A stretch of 64,000 bases of DNA, from contig OZ024765.1 of NCBI GenBank assembly GCA_964016885.1, positions 12,152,001-12,216,000 of the forward strand. The letters are read 5' to 3'. The notes below the pieces were generated by a model. That model ran no database searches and was not told the DNA's origin. It saw nothing but the letters and a program-made list of their open reading frames with translations. Of the stretch, positions 39,366-53,174 are shown in pieces. The position numbers and the translations under genes are program-made. The stretch's first letter is position 1. Every line of letters starts with the position of its first letter. The stretch is from Eledone cirrhosa. Its lineage: Eukaryota.

Positions 39366-40017
39366 GTAATACATTTGTGAATAGATGAGATGGTAAACAA
39401 CATCAGAACTTGGAATATGTCAGCAGCGTTGGACTTACCTATAAGCTAAATAAGTTAACTATAGCTTAGAGCCACACACCCTCGGGGGGCCACATTTTAT
39501 AAAATTTATTTTTTATTTTATCATTAGTTTTTATTCTTTAACACTAAATCATAAAAAAACTATATGACGTGAAGCCATATGTAAGTGGGATGTGGACTCC
39601 TGGCCTGTCTCAGAAGTCAGTAGGCCTTCCTCCATGCTGACTCAGTCAGTGAAGACCTGGCCAACCCTTGCTAACAGGGAAAGTAGATCATGATGATGAT
39701 GATGATGATATATATTTATATATAGAGAGAGATATCAAAAACAATTTAATAGAAAAAGAAAAAACTTAAGTTGAGAAGAATAGAATAGAATGTAAAATAA
39801 GAAAATATTTAAAAAAACAGAAAAGGAGAGGGAAAGGCAAGGGCTCTAGTGTCACAGAAGTATGGGGAAGGGGAAGGGTGATGGGCTCTGGGCCAAGGGC
39901 ATGGTGGTAGAGGGGCTGCGCCCCGTGGACAAGACTGTAAAAGCATCACCGCAGAATGCCAAATATATATATACAGTATATATTTCTAAAAAGAAAGTCT
40001 GGGGCATATTCAATTTG

Positions 40018-40376
40018 TATGGTATAGTATGGTATAGTATGGTATAGTATGGTATCGTATGGTATAGTATGGCATGTATAGTATAGTATGGAATGTATGG
40101 TATTATATTGTATGATATGGTATGGTATGGTATGGTATGGTATGGTATGGTATGGTACGGTATGGCATGGTATTATATGGTATGGTATGGTATTATATGG
40201 TATGGTATGGTATTATATGGTATGGTATTGTATAGTATGGTGTTGTATGGTATGGTATTGTATTGTATAGTATGGGATGGTGTTGTATGGTATGGTATTG
40301 TATGGTATTGTTTGATATGGTATGGTATGGTATGGTATGGTATGGTATTGTATGGTGTAGTATGGTATGGTATGGT
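40018..40376. repeat. (TATGG)n pentanucleotide satellite
   Basis: Direct inspection. Confidence 0.95.
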
Positions 40377-40594
40377 TTGGACCCTTAACTCCTGAGGAAT
40401 CATAAGGGGCGCCACATTGACATATGGCATTTTTTAAACCTAGTGGAGCCCATCTCCTCTCCAGGCCTAAATACAGTACATTTCTTTCAGAGAAGGATAG
40501 AGAGAGAGAGAGAAAGAGAAGAACGAATATCACAAAGCATTCTATCCAATGTCCTAATGACTCTGCTAATTCCTTGCCTTCCATCATTCATATA

Positions 40595-40911
40595 TCATCA
40601 TTTCATCATCATTTCATTTTACGTCCACTTTTCCCTGCTTGCAACGGTGGGACGGGAACTGATTCTGGCTTGATTTCTACAGCTGGATGCCCTTCCTAAC
40701 ACCAACCTCATTTACAGTGAGTGCTGGGTGCTTTTTTGCCGTGGCGCCTACACGTCCACTTTGCAGTGGAATGATAGGGAACCCAGTCCCTATCATCTCA
40801 TTTCTACAGCTGAGTAAACTGGAGCAATGTGAAATAAAGTGTCTTGCTCAAGGAAACAACACATCACCCGGTCTGAGAATTGAACTCACAACCTTTCGAT
40901 TGCAAGGCCAA
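40595..40911 (-). mobile_element. SINE-A
   Basis: Consensus match. Confidence 0.9.
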
Positions 40912-41041
40912 TATATATATATATATATATATAATTGTTTCTAATTTAGGCACAAGGCCAGCAATTACCCAGTGCATTACTGGTACTTTATTTTATCGAC
41001 CCCGTAAGGATGAAAGGCAAAGTCAAGCTCGGCGGATATAA

Positions 41042-41430
41042 TGGAGGCAGATGGCTTAGTGGTTAGAGCATTGGCCTTGCAATCGAAAGGTTGTGAGTTC
41101 AATTCTCAGACCGGGTGATGTGTTGTGTCCTTGAGCAAGACACTTTATTTCACATTGCTCCAGTTTACTCAGCTGTAGAAATGAGATGATAGGGACTGGG
41201 GTCCCTATCATTCCACTGCAAAGTGGTCGTGGAGGTGCCATGGCAAAAAAGCACCCAGCCCACACTGCAAAGGGGTTGTGGAGGCACCACGGCAAAAAAG
41301 CACTCACTGTAAATGAGGTTGGTGTTAGGAAGGGCATCCAGCTGTAGAAATCAAGCCAGAATCAGTTCCCGTCCCATTCTTGCAAGCAGGGAAAAAGCGG
41401 ACGTAAAATGAAATGATGATGATGATGATG
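41042..41430 (+). mobile_element. SINE-A (partial SINE-B at 40933-41035)
   Basis: Consensus match with one extra internal module. Confidence 0.9.
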
Positions 41431-41687
41431 AGTCATATAACTCCTGATAGAGACATAGAGGCGCCATTTTGACATACAGCATTTCTTGAGCATCTTAAGC
41501 CTGGTGGAGCGCGCCCCTCTCCAAGCCTGTGTACAGCAGACTTCTTCCAGAGAAGGATAGAAAGTTACAGAAAGGAAGTAAGAAAGAGATATAGAGGAAG
41601 AATTGACCCCAATTGTACCAAAGGCACAATTGACTTTGGTACAATTTGAGAGCAGAGAGCTGGAATAAATTGCACAAAGCACTCTAT

Positions 41688-42166
41688 CATCATCATCATC
41701 ATCATCATCATCGTTTAAGGTCCATCTTCCACGCTTGCATGGCTTTGGACAGGAGTTTTCCCACTTGAGGCAAGAGTGGTTGTCCTGCTCGTATAGGACT
41801 GTCTGACGGGTTTTTTACGGCTGGATGCCCTTCCTAACACCAACCACGTTTACAGTGTGGAACTGGGAGGTTTTTACCGTGTTACCTACATGGCCACATT
41901 ACAGCATGGACTGTGTGTTTTTTTGTCGTGACACCTACACGACCTCGTTTGTTTCGGCCTGGATGTTGTGGTACCAACATAGCTTTACATCGAAAGGGGT
42001 GGTGTAGATGGGATGGGGGTAGTGGGACGGGGGTGTATTTTGTTAGAGGTGCCTACTGACTGTAGTAGGTTTCACTTTGCACTTAGGTAAGGCGGGTCTT
42101 CTCTATTACTGTGTAGCGCCAAAGATCTCGGTCCAGTGACATTGTCTTGGAGAGGTGTAAGTGTGT
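41688..42166 (-). mobile_element. RTE-2 3' fragment
   Basis: Matches 15940-16425. Confidence 0.85.
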
Positions 42167-42614
42167 CATTGTTCTAATGACTCAGCCAATTTAGTGCCAA
42201 ATATATACAGTATATATTTCCTAAACAAGAAATCTGGGGCATATTAAATTTGTATACGTGCTAACAGGTTGTTTTAAGACCCTCCATGGTGATTGGCCTC
42301 ATTCCCAAAGATTACCACAGTAATTACATTGCTAATTACATACATTAGCTTCACTAATTACTGACTAAAATATATATATGTGTGTGTGTGCGTGTATGTG
42401 GTTAATGTTTGTGTGTAAATATATATATATATATATTCATGTATACTGTAATTACCATTAATATCTATATGTGTACATGTACATGTATATATATATATAT
42501 ACATACACACTCACAATTAAGTTGCTAAGTAATAACAAATAAAAACACACATATACAAACATATGTCTCTCTCTTTCTCTCATAATCCCCATTTAACGTC
42601 CATTTTCCACACTA

Positions 42615-42660
<46 letters not shown>

Positions 42661-42670
<10 letters not shown>

Positions 42671-42725
42671 TATGGAATACTGTTGGCTTCTTGCTACAAT
42701 AATTTCTATACTTTTCATTTTTATA

Positions 42726-42785
<60 letters not shown>

Positions 42786-42831
42786 GAAAAGTATAGAAAT
42801 TATTGTAGCAAGAAGCCAACAGTATTCCATA

Positions 42832-42841
<10 letters not shown>
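42661..42841. repeat. Perfect inverted repeat (about 60 bp arms) with (TA)n spacer and (TA)n flanks
   Basis: tatggaatactgttggcttcttgctacaataatttctatacttttcatttt and its exact reverse complement. Confidence 0.9.
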
Positions 42842-42900
<59 letters not shown>

Positions 42901-42917
42901 AATATATATATATATAA

Positions 42918-43108
42918 AACGAAGGAAATGTGGTAAGGAACCAGGTGGACCATAACACACCAAAGTACTCAATACTTAGGGTAGTAGAGTGGGTAATAGG
43001 AACGAGTAAGACCCCAACGGCTGAGCTCAAGCCGTTTCGATGGCTAATTCTGGACTTAGAATTAGCCGCCGAAACGGCTTGAGCTCAGCCGTTGGGGTCC
43101 TACTCGTT

Positions 43109-43111
<3 letters not shown>
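42918..43111. mobile_element. Family P palindromic mini-element
   Basis: Tail plus arms ggaacgagtaagaccccaacggctgagctcaagccgtttcg / cgaaacggcttgagctcagccgttggggtcctactcgttcc. Confidence 0.88.
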
Positions 43112-43175
<64 letters not shown>

Positions 43176-43230
43176 ATGTTGATTTAAAACTGCACTATCC
43201 ATAAGTGTTTTTAACCTTTATATCATGTCC

Positions 43231-43301
43231 TATTTTATCTGATGAAAACACAAATGTTATTGCATGATGATATTTGTTTTTAAAATGCGCATAATAAAAT
43301 A
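43231..43301 (+). ncRNA. Hammerhead ribozyme with G12A substitution (probably inactive)
   Basis: TATTTTAT-CTGATGA-AAA C ACAAATGTTATT..GATGATATTTGT T TTT-AAAA-TGCGCA-TA-ATAAAATA: 8 bp stem I and palindromic stem III ATGCGCAT. Confidence 0.75.
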
Positions 43302-43554
43302 CATGGAACTCATTTAACCATCTTTTGATCTTATATATTATATATACTCCAGTCCTACAAACTGTAGAGTGCTTCTTATCCGATATCTGCATTGCTTTAT
43401 TGTACTACAATAAAACTCACCTCCTACATATATATTTATATATATATGTATATATATATATATAGTTAGCTTTGCCTTTCATCCTTACGAAGTCAATAAA
43501 ATAAAGTACCAGTAATGTACTGATGTCAATCTAATCGACTTACCCTTCTCCCAA

Positions 43555-44503
43555 ACCACCACCACTATCATCACCACCACCATCACCAATATCATCACCA
43601 CCACCACCACCACCACTATCATCACCACCACCACCATCATCACCACCACCATCACCACTATCACCACCATCACCAATATCACCACCACCACCATCACCAC
43701 TATCATCACCACCACCACCACCACCACCACTATCACCACCACCACCATCATCACCACCACCACCACCACCACCACTATCTTCACCACCACCACCACCACT
43801 CTCATCACCACCACCACCACTATCATCACCACCACCACCACCACCACTATCATCACCACCACCATCACCAATATCATCACCACCACCACCACCACCACTA
43901 TCATCACCACCACCACCATCATCACCACCACCATCACCACTATCACCACCATCACCAATATCACCACCACCACCATCACCACTATCATCACCACCACCAC
44001 CACCACCACCACTATCACCACCACCACCACTATCACCACCACCACCACCACCACCACTATCTTCACCACCACCATCACCAATATCACCACCACCACCACC
44101 ACTCTCATCACCACCACCACCACTATCATCACCACCACCATCACCAATATCACCACCACCAACATCACCACTACCACCACCACCACCATCACCAATATCA
44201 CCACCACCACCACTACCACTATCACCACCACCACCACCATCATCACCACCACCATCACCAATATCATCACCACCACCATCACCAATATCACCACCACCAC
44301 CATCACCACCACCACCATCACCAATATCACCACCACCCTCACCAATATCACCACCACCACCACCACTATCATCACCACCACCATCACCAATATCACCACC
44401 ACCAACATCACCACTACCACCACCACCACCACTATCACCACCACCACCACCACCACCACTATCACCACCACCACCACCATCACCAATATCACCACCACCA
44501 CCA
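43555..44503. repeat. (ACC/ATC)n compound microsatellite
   Basis: Direct inspection. Confidence 0.95.
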
Positions 44504-44504
44504 C

Positions 44505-44772
44505 GTCAATTGGCAATGAATTTCAATCGGTTCAATGCCTTTTGCGTTCAAAAACAGAATAACTGCGCGAAATTCGCACTTGGCGGTAGCGTTCAACGGG
44601 AGCTCCATTCTCAACGGCTGCCAAGCCAAGATTGAGCATCCCAGCGAAGCGCGCACATGCTTGTTTGGGAGTGAAGGAAGCACCAATCACAACAGTGTTG
44701 CCAACAGCTGTACAAACAGTTTCTCTGCGTCCCCATCGCTTTGGAGACCTTACTTTTGGGATTGCCCTCATA
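44505..44772 (-). mobile_element. Mariner transposon 5' end (TIR + transposase N-terminus)
   Basis: Minus strand TA|TGAGGGCAATCCCAAAAGTAAGG is a mariner-type TIR. ATG at 44608 gives MELPLNATAKCEFRAVILFLNAKGIEPIEIHCQL (mariner N-terminal HTH). Truncated at the ACC repeat. Confidence 0.85.
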
Positions 44773-45064
44773 GCTATTGAAATGGCAAGAATTCAAATTA
44801 TCAGGGTCCCGACTCTTTCATATATATATATTTTTACTCTTTTACCTGTTCCAGCTATCTGGGTGAGGCCATGCTGGGGCACCACCCTTGATATATATAT
44901 ATATTCATTTAAGTTTTGTGGTTCAGCACTCGAAGCTGTTCAGCCAAACTGACAACAACTGGCCCTCTTGATCGCCTTCAAGTCAGAAACATTTTTCTCT
45001 GTTTTTTTATAGCTTATTGGATTGTGTTAACCATTATTCCTTTATTATATAACTATTATGCAAT

Positions 45065-45126
45065 AAACACCTGATGATGCCACCAGGATCTTACGGAACC
45101 TGGCCACTGAAATTTACATAGTGTTT
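45065..45126 (+). ncRNA. Type I hammerhead ribozyme
   Basis: AAACAC-CTGATGA-T G cca CCAGG(atcttacggaa)CCTGG cca C T-GAAA-T TTAC A-TA-GTGTTT. Confidence 0.8.
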
Positions 45127-46183
45127 GCTATAATAAATCTTTGAAGGAATTTCACCAGTCCAACTTCCAGATGGAGTAAGAGAGAGTGAGAGACAGAGAG
45201 AGAAAGAGAGGGAGAGAATGAGAGAGAGAGAAGGAGAAAGAGAGAGAGAGGGGGTTTATATATATGACATACTCAGTGAAACTAGGGACAAAGTGAAAGA
45301 GACTTCAATACCATAATAGAGTAAATATTTAATGCATTTGTTGGAGTTCAGCTTAGAGAAATGTATTACTCAAATTATATACTCATACTTTACCTTGATT
45401 CGTTTATATTTCTCTATCATCCCACACACCCACAAATGTTTTACTCACACCACCAACTAATTTTTTTATTTATTCACCCATACTGTCTTTTTCTCTAATT
45501 TACATTTCCCCATTCATTGATTCACTTCATAACCATCTAATGTTTTCTCCTCAATGATCTAACTGACAACCATACTTATTTTTCACTTTCTCTGTTACAC
45601 TTGGTTACACTCTATATTTCCTGCGCCATTTCAACTGAGAACTAAAGAAGTTTTCAGTTCGTTTCTGAAAGCACACACACATATATATGCATATATATAC
45701 ATACATATATATATATGCAAGCAGGGAAGAGCGGACGTAAAATGATGATGATGATGTGTGTGTATGTGTGTGACCTATCTATATATTAAAAAACACAAAT
45801 ACACACATATATACACACAGCACACATCACACACACACATATACATAAATGTATATATAATATATATTTAATATGTATATAAACACACACACACAGACAG
45901 ACAGACAGACGGAGTCACATATATCAAACAATTACATTTTAGTAGAGTGCTTTTAGCCATTTAAGAACATATAAAAACAATTAGATTCAGTTTTTGCTGG
46001 AGCTCAACAAAACATTTTGTCATTATAGTCTGTACTATTAATACATTAATAAATATACAGGGAATATAACAATGTTTATGGGTTCTTAAATGGTTAAAAT
46101 GACTCTTTTATGCTGTAATTGTTGCACCAAACAGACGCATACCAAATCACTTCTTGAAAAAATACAACTCCTACCTACCTACC

Positions 46184-46233
<50 letters not shown>

Positions 46234-46329
46234 CATACACACACACACACATATATATGTATATATACTAAGAAAAATGATGAAGTTGGTTTACATGTAT
46301 TTAGTTTTCTATGAGTATCAACCACTATG

Positions 46330-46374
<45 letters not shown>

Positions 46375-46496
46375 CATTGTCACCATTGTTTCACGTCCAC
46401 TTTCCACACAAGCATGGGTTAGACAGGTTGTCCCATTTCTACAGCTGGATGCCCTTCCTAAAGCCAATCACATTTACAGTGTGTTCTATATTTATG

Positions 46497-46528
<32 letters not shown>

Positions 46529-46543
46529 TGCATATATATATAT

Positions 46544-46621
<78 letters not shown>

Positions 46622-46624
46622 TAC

Positions 46625-46683
<59 letters not shown>

Positions 46684-46848
46684 TATATATAATTGTATCT
46701 ATATCTATATCTATATATATATAATGTGAGTAATATTAAATATTATCCAATTAAAAGTATGAAAAATAAATCAACGTAAAATGACAAGTATACTACAGAA
46801 CCAAAATACTTTATAAATAACAATCAAAGAATGTTTAAAACATTTAAT

Positions 46849-46895
46849 CACTTACAATCATTTCATCCTAGCACAAGGCCGATTTCATCAGAGTA
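46849..46895 (-). ncRNA. Type I hammerhead ribozyme candidate
   Basis: Minus strand: TACT-CTGATGA-A ATC GGC(cttgt)GCT ag GAT-GAAA-T GATT G-TA-AGTG; short stems. Confidence 0.65.
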
Positions 46896-46960
46896 TATAA
46901 TAAAGGTTGAAACACAAATATAATATCAGAAGTTTGTCATAAGAACATTAAGAGGATACA

Positions 46961-47141
46961 TAATTGTTTCTACTTTAGGCACAAGGCCAGCAATTACCCA
47001 GTACATTACTGGTACTTTATTTTATCGACCCCGTAAGGATGAAAGGCAAAGTCAACCTCGGCGGGATTTGAACTCAGACCATAAAGGGACGTAACTATGC
47101 TGGAAAGCATGGCGTCCGACCCTCTACCGATACTGCCAATC
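46961..47141 (-). mobile_element. SINE-B
   Basis: Consensus match. Confidence 0.9.
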
Positions 47142-47195
47142 TAAGCATAAGTATCAACATTTATATAAGATAAGATAGCAAAGGTGAAAGAAACA

Positions 47196-47378
47196 TATGA
47201 AAAATGTGAGCATATAAATGCAATAGAATTAGGAGCAGCTAAAAGCGTTAAAAATTAAAATATTTAAAAGATTAAATTAAAATATTTAAAGGATGAAATT
47301 AAAAATTTTATTTTTTAATTTTTTAATGCTTTTAGCTGCTCCTAATTCTATTGCATTTATATGCTCACATTTTTCATA
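47196..47378. repeat. Inverted repeat (about 65 bp arms) followed by the shared tail 47403-47463
   Basis: tatgaaaaatgtgagcatataaatgcaatagaattaggagcagctaaaagc and its reverse complement. Confidence 0.85.
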
Positions 47379-47563
47379 GAAACCTATATGAAACATGTTT
47401 ACATTCTACTAATGTATTGAATACCTTACTAACTGGTTACCCCCCGATTGAACCTAGGACTCACACACACACACACATATATATGTTTGTATGTATATAT
47501 ATTGTAGTGAAATTATCACATGTAAATCTGTAGATGTGAACTATAGATCAAAAAAGATATTAA

Positions 47564-47800
47564 CCCTTTAGCATTTAAACTGGCTGTATCTGGCTGTATC
47601 TGGCCAGAATTCTCTCACCTCTTTATGTTCAAACCAGTCATAACTGGCTGCTTATACCAACATTAAGGTATTGTTTTCAAAATAAATAATCTCCTCATCA
47701 ATATCTCGTAAATTCAATATTATGGCAGATAATTATGTAAGGTTAAGCCTTTACTGCAAAAATACAATAGTTTATATAGAGTAATGTAAATGTTAAAGGG
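47564..47800 (+). mobile_element. piggyBac-type MITE, uninterrupted reference copy (237 bp)
   Basis: TTAA|CCCTTTAGCATTTA ... TAAATGTTAAAGGG|TTAA. Confidence 0.9.
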
Positions 47801-48339
47801 TTAATTCATCACTGGAAATGACTATGGTGAGACATACTGAATTGAAGCCAGAAATCAACCCAGCTTCAATCACTTTTCTCTCTCTTCATTCTTGATTTTT
47901 TCATTGTTGCTCTGTTCCCTCTCAGACACTAGACAAAAGACTTCAGTTATGGCATTCACCAACTACCTAGTAGAGTGTGTGAGTATAACTAAGCAAGATG
48001 CAGACAGACAGCCAAATCTGAAATGTCTAGCTTTGTTTGAGTGTTGATTTGGTCTATGACAACGCCTCCAACTCTTGCTAGGGGAGAAAACAGATACTAA
48101 ATGATGATGATGATGATGATGATGATATTTCACTATCATCATCATCATCACTGTTTAACGTCCATTTTGCACACTAGCATGGGTTAGACGGGTTGTCCCA
48201 TTTGAGGCAAGTTGGGTCCGGTGACTGTGTCTTGCTCATACAGAAATGTTTCTGGTTTGAATTCTATGGCTGGATGCCCTTCCTCACACCAACCACATTT
48301 ACAGAGTGGACATGGTGCTTTTTGCCGTGACACCTACAC

Positions 48340-48387
<48 letters not shown>

Positions 48388-48388
<1 letters not shown>

Positions 48389-48726
48389 GGAGGCACATGG
48401 CTTAGTGGTTAGAGCATTGACCTTGCAATCGAAAGGTTGTGAGTTCAATTCTCAGACCGGGTGATGTGTTGTTTCCTTGAGCAAGACACTTTATTTCATA
48501 TTGCTCCAGTTTACTCAGCTGTAGAAATGAGATGATAGGGACTGGGGTCCCTATCATTCCACTGCAAAGTGGTCGTGGAGGTGCCACGGCAAAAAAGCAC
48601 CCAGCACTCACTGTAAATGAGGTTGGTGTTAGGAAGGGCATCCTGCTGTAGAAATCAAGCCAGAATCAGTTCCCGTCCCACCCTTGCAAGCAGGGAAAAG
48701 CGGACGTAAAATGATGATGATGATGA
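48388..48726 (+). mobile_element. SINE-A, full length
   Basis: TGGCTTAGTGG A box, GTTCAATTC B box, core and RTE tail; begins at (TA)n. Confidence 0.93.
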
Positions 48727-48945
48727 TATATATATATAAATGTATATATATATATTAGTTCTTTCGTTGTTTTGGTATTGTATGATTGGGTTTTTCCTAC
48801 CGCAATTTTTAATTTGTCAAGCTATTTAAACGTAATGTTATTACTCTAAGGACCTACCCTTATTGAGTGCTTTGCTACTCATTCCTTATTGTGGGTCGAC
48901 TTTGCTTGGCCACAGCCAAGGCTTCGATTTTACTAAGCTTCCACT

Positions 48946-49012
<67 letters not shown>

Positions 49013-49333
49013 GCATATGTATGTATGTATATCTCAAGCGTGAAACTAATAATAATAACATTTGTACTGCCTCTTTGCTTTTCTGTTTTTTGTTCTCTGT
49101 TTACTTTTTTTAAAAAAATATATATATATATATATATACATATATATATAAGAGTGGAAGTTAGTAAAATCGAAGTTGAAGCGCTCAGCCAGCATCCACG
49201 AAGCACTCAATAAGAAGATATTGATGAATTGATAAGTTACATAGATTAAATAACGTGACAAATTGAAAACTCTGGTTAAGGGGACAAAGCTACAGAAGCC
49301 ATCACAACAAAAATACAATCAGGTTAAATAACA

Positions 49334-49393
<60 letters not shown>

Positions 49394-49433
49394 CATCTTC
49401 TTCGTTTAACGTCCATCTTCCACGCTAGCATGG

Positions 49434-49482
<49 letters not shown>

Positions 49483-49485
<3 letters not shown>

Positions 49486-49830
49486 AGGCACATGGCTTAG
49501 TGGTTAGAGCATTGGGCTTGCAATCGAAAGGTTGTGAGTTCAATTCTCAGACCGAGTGATCTGTTGTTTCCTTGAGCAAGACACTTTATTTCACATTGCT
49601 CCAGTTTACTCAGCTGTAGAAATGAGATGATAGGGACAGGGGTCCCTATCATTCCACTGCAAAGTGGTCGTGGAGGTGCCACGGCAAAAAAGCACCCAGC
49701 ACTCACTGTAAATGAGGTTGGTGTTAGGAAGGGCATCCAGCTGTAGAAATCAAGCCAGAATCAGTTCCCGTCCCACCCTTGCAAGCAGGGAAAAAGCGGA
49801 CGTAAAATGAAATGATGATGATGAAGATGA
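49483..49830 (+). mobile_element. SINE-A, full length
   Basis: As above. Confidence 0.93.
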
Positions 49831-49909
49831 TATATATATGTGCGTATGTGTATGCGTATATATATATACACACACACACATATATGAAAAGAGTCAGGAT
49901 CCCGATGGT

Positions 49910-49943
<34 letters not shown>

Positions 49944-50017
49944 GGAGCTACCAGCTTAAACTAGTAAGACTATGTTCAGTTAATTATTCGATACTTGTGA
50001 AAGTAAATTCTATATAT

Positions 50018-50205
50018 AGTTGTTTCTAGTTTTGGCACAAGGCCAGCAATTATATCAGTGCATTACTGGTACTCTACTTTATCGACCCCATAAGAATGAA
50101 AAGCAAAGTTAACCTCGGCAGGATTTGAACTCTGATCGTAAAGGTCCATAACTCTGTGCTGCAAAGCATGGTGTCAGACCTTCTACTGACACTGCCAATC
50201 CACCA
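50018..50205 (-). mobile_element. SINE-B (older copy)
   Basis: Diverged consensus match. Confidence 0.85.
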
Positions 50206-50218
50206 TATATAGTGTAAA

Positions 50219-50254
<36 letters not shown>

Positions 50255-50357
50255 TCATCATCATCATCATCATCGTCATCGTTTAAACGTCTATGTTCCA
50301 TGCTAGCATGGGTTAGACGGGAATTGTCCCACTTGAGGCAAGATTGATCGGGTGATC

Positions 50358-50409
<52 letters not shown>

Positions 50410-50494
50410 AAAAGGTAAACAGAAATAACAACACAATCGGTACAGTATATGGAAGGAATATATTAGTTTAACGCTTGATATAGTAGGAAGAGGG

Positions 50495-50534
50495 TCTTAA
50501 CGTTTCGGACGCTAGTCCTTCCTTCATCAGAAGA
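50495..50534 (-). ncRNA. Minimal hammerhead with a 4 nt duplication after the core, in dispersed repeat 50406-50625
   Basis: Minus strand: TCTT-CTGATGA-AGGA A GGAC TAGC GTCC-GAAAC-GTT-AAGA. Confidence 0.75.
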
Positions 50535-50702
50535 AAGAATGAAAAATAAAATAGATTGAGGGGACGGGCGGGTTGGAATTGGAAAAAAATGTCTTTAGAT
50601 AAAAATAACAGGTCCATTCATGTTGAGGATTTAACCAGTTAGATCATTATTCATCAGATTACTCAATACTTGGGTTAGTAGTAGAGTGACAATATTAGAA
50701 AA

Positions 50703-50890
50703 GGCAGTGGATTGGCAGTATCGGTAGAGGGTCGGACGCCATGCTTTCCAGCATAGTTACGTCCCTTTACGATCTGAGTTCAAATCCCGCCGAGGTTGAC
50801 TTTGCCTTTCATCCTTATGGGGTCGATAAAATAAAGTACCAGTAATGAACTGGGTAATTGCTGGCCTTGTGCCTAAAGCAGAAACAAATA
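50703..50890 (+). mobile_element. SINE-B inserted in a decayed family P element
   Basis: Direct repeat aatattagaaaa on both sides. Confidence 0.88.
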
Positions 50891-51311
50891 TTAGAAAAAG
50901 TCTGGAACTAGAACTAGCAGTCAAAATGGCAAGAGCTCAGCCGTTGGGCCCAAAACTCTTTCCAATATAACAAAATACCTGGTGTTCCCCAGGTAACAGG
51001 TAACTGTTTTGGTGAAGAATTTCTTGGAAGAGAATCAGATGAAAATTTTCATGAATATATAATTTGAAGCTCGTTTTGTATTCTATATAACACAGCTAGA
51101 TATTTCAATAGCCATGTTTTATATATTTATTGGTATAGTGTTGTTGAGGATTTCAAGTAAAATTAAATAATGCTAAAAAATATTGGCTGAAATGATGACT
51201 TAATAATAGTGTAGTCTTATAAGTGCTGGAGATAGTGTATATATGTCTGTCTGTGTATTACTACATCTATATCTGTATCTATATCTATATATATATATCA
51301 TCATATGTATA

Positions 51312-51354
<43 letters not shown>

Positions 51355-51365
51355 TCATATGTATA

Positions 51366-51449
<84 letters not shown>

Positions 51450-51837
51450 TATATATATATCATATATATATATATATTTATATCATATATATCATATATA
51501 TATCATATATATATATATATATTTATATCATATATATATATCATATATATATATATATTTATATCATATATATATATATCATATATATATATATATATAT
51601 CATATATATATATCATATATATATATATATTTATATCATATATATATATCATATATATATATATATTTATATCATATATATATATATCATATATATATAT
51701 ATATATATCATATATATATATTTATATCATATATATATCATATATATATATATATGATATATATATATATATCACATATATATATATCATATATATATAT
51801 ATATATATCACATATATATATATCATATATATATATA

Positions 51838-51887
<50 letters not shown>

Positions 51888-51979
51888 ACAGGGAGAAAGA
51901 GACAATTATTAGGAAGAAAACATTTTTTTTTTCCTTTTTTGTTTCATCATATATATATATATCATCATATATATATCAT

Positions 51980-52045
<66 letters not shown>

Positions 52046-52273
52046 TGAACGATTGATGTAATGCAATTACTACATATATATAAAATAAAACAGTTTAATT
52101 AAATGTTATTTCTATATTGAACATGTCATTATCTACAGTTCCTTTAGAAATAGAGTGAAGACACTTGAGTGCCTGGTTCAGCTGTTTAAGTGGCCCACTC
52201 TGACTTGAGAACAGTATGTAGGGAGGTGGTTTGGGGACCCAGCACTCCAGAAGTCTCTATTGCTATAATTTAA

Positions 52274-52701
52274 CCCTTTCACATTTAAACTGGCCATAAC
52301 CGGCCAGAATTTCCTAATCTCTTTCTGTTCAAACCAACCATAGCTGGCCACTCATACTGACCTTAAGGTATTGTTCTCAAAATAAATAACATCAACATCT
52401 TTTAGAATCTATATTATATGAGATAATTGTTTCTACTTTTGGCACAAGGCCAGTGATTATCCCAGTGTATTACTGGTACTTTATTTTATCGACCCCGTAA
52501 GGATGAGAGGTAAAGTTAACCTCGGCGGGATTTGAACTCAGAATGGCAAGGGCCGTAACTCTTTGCTGCAAAGCATGGCGTCAGACCCTCTACCGATACT
52601 GCCATCCACCGCCCTTTACATTATTATATGAGATAATAATGTAAAATAAAACCTTTACAACAAAAATACAGTATATATAGAGTAATGTAAATGATAAAGG
52701 G
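52274..52701 (+). mobile_element. piggyBac-type MITE with SINE-B insertion (about 52428-52620, minus)
   Basis: TTAA|CCCTTTCACATT...AATGATAAAGGG|TTAA; TSD tattatatgagataat. Confidence 0.85.
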
Positions 52702-52890
52702 TTAAAAGAATCCTGCTTCAGTAGTAGTTAGAAGAGAGGTGGTTTAGGGGCTCCGAACATCGGAAGTCTCAATTGCTATAGATTTAAAAGAATCCAGTTC
52801 ACTTCAGGGGTTCATACTGCTTCAGTAGCAGTGAGTAGGGAGGTGGTTTAGGGACCCATAACACCAGAAGTCTCTATCGCTAGAGATTTA

Positions 52891-53095
52891 CCCCTTTAAC
52901 ATTTACATTCCTCTATATTCACTATTGTATTTTCACGGTAAATACTTTACCTTACATAATTATCTCACATAATATTGAATCTATGAGATTTGATGTTATT
53001 TATTTTGAGGACAATATCTTAACAACAGTATGAGCAGCAGGCTACAGACGGTTTGAACAAAAAGAGGTGAGAGAATTCTGGTTGGATACGACTGG
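52891..53095 (-). mobile_element. piggyBac-type MITE, one end missing
   Basis: CCCTTTAACATTTAC start; interior homologous to the family. Confidence 0.75.
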
Positions 53096-53174
53096 CAAAG
53101 AAGAAGACCTGTACAAACAACACAACACTATAGAACATACAGACACAAACACACATATATAAAACTGACCTTGC

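Noticed and set aside
48388-48462. tRNA gene (GCA anticodon-like loop)
   Set aside because: It is the tRNA-derived head of SINE-A, repeated in many copies and lacking a proper acceptor stem.
50605-50662. Minus-strand CTGATGA...GAAT motif
   Set aside because: GAAA core is missing and stem II is unconvincing.
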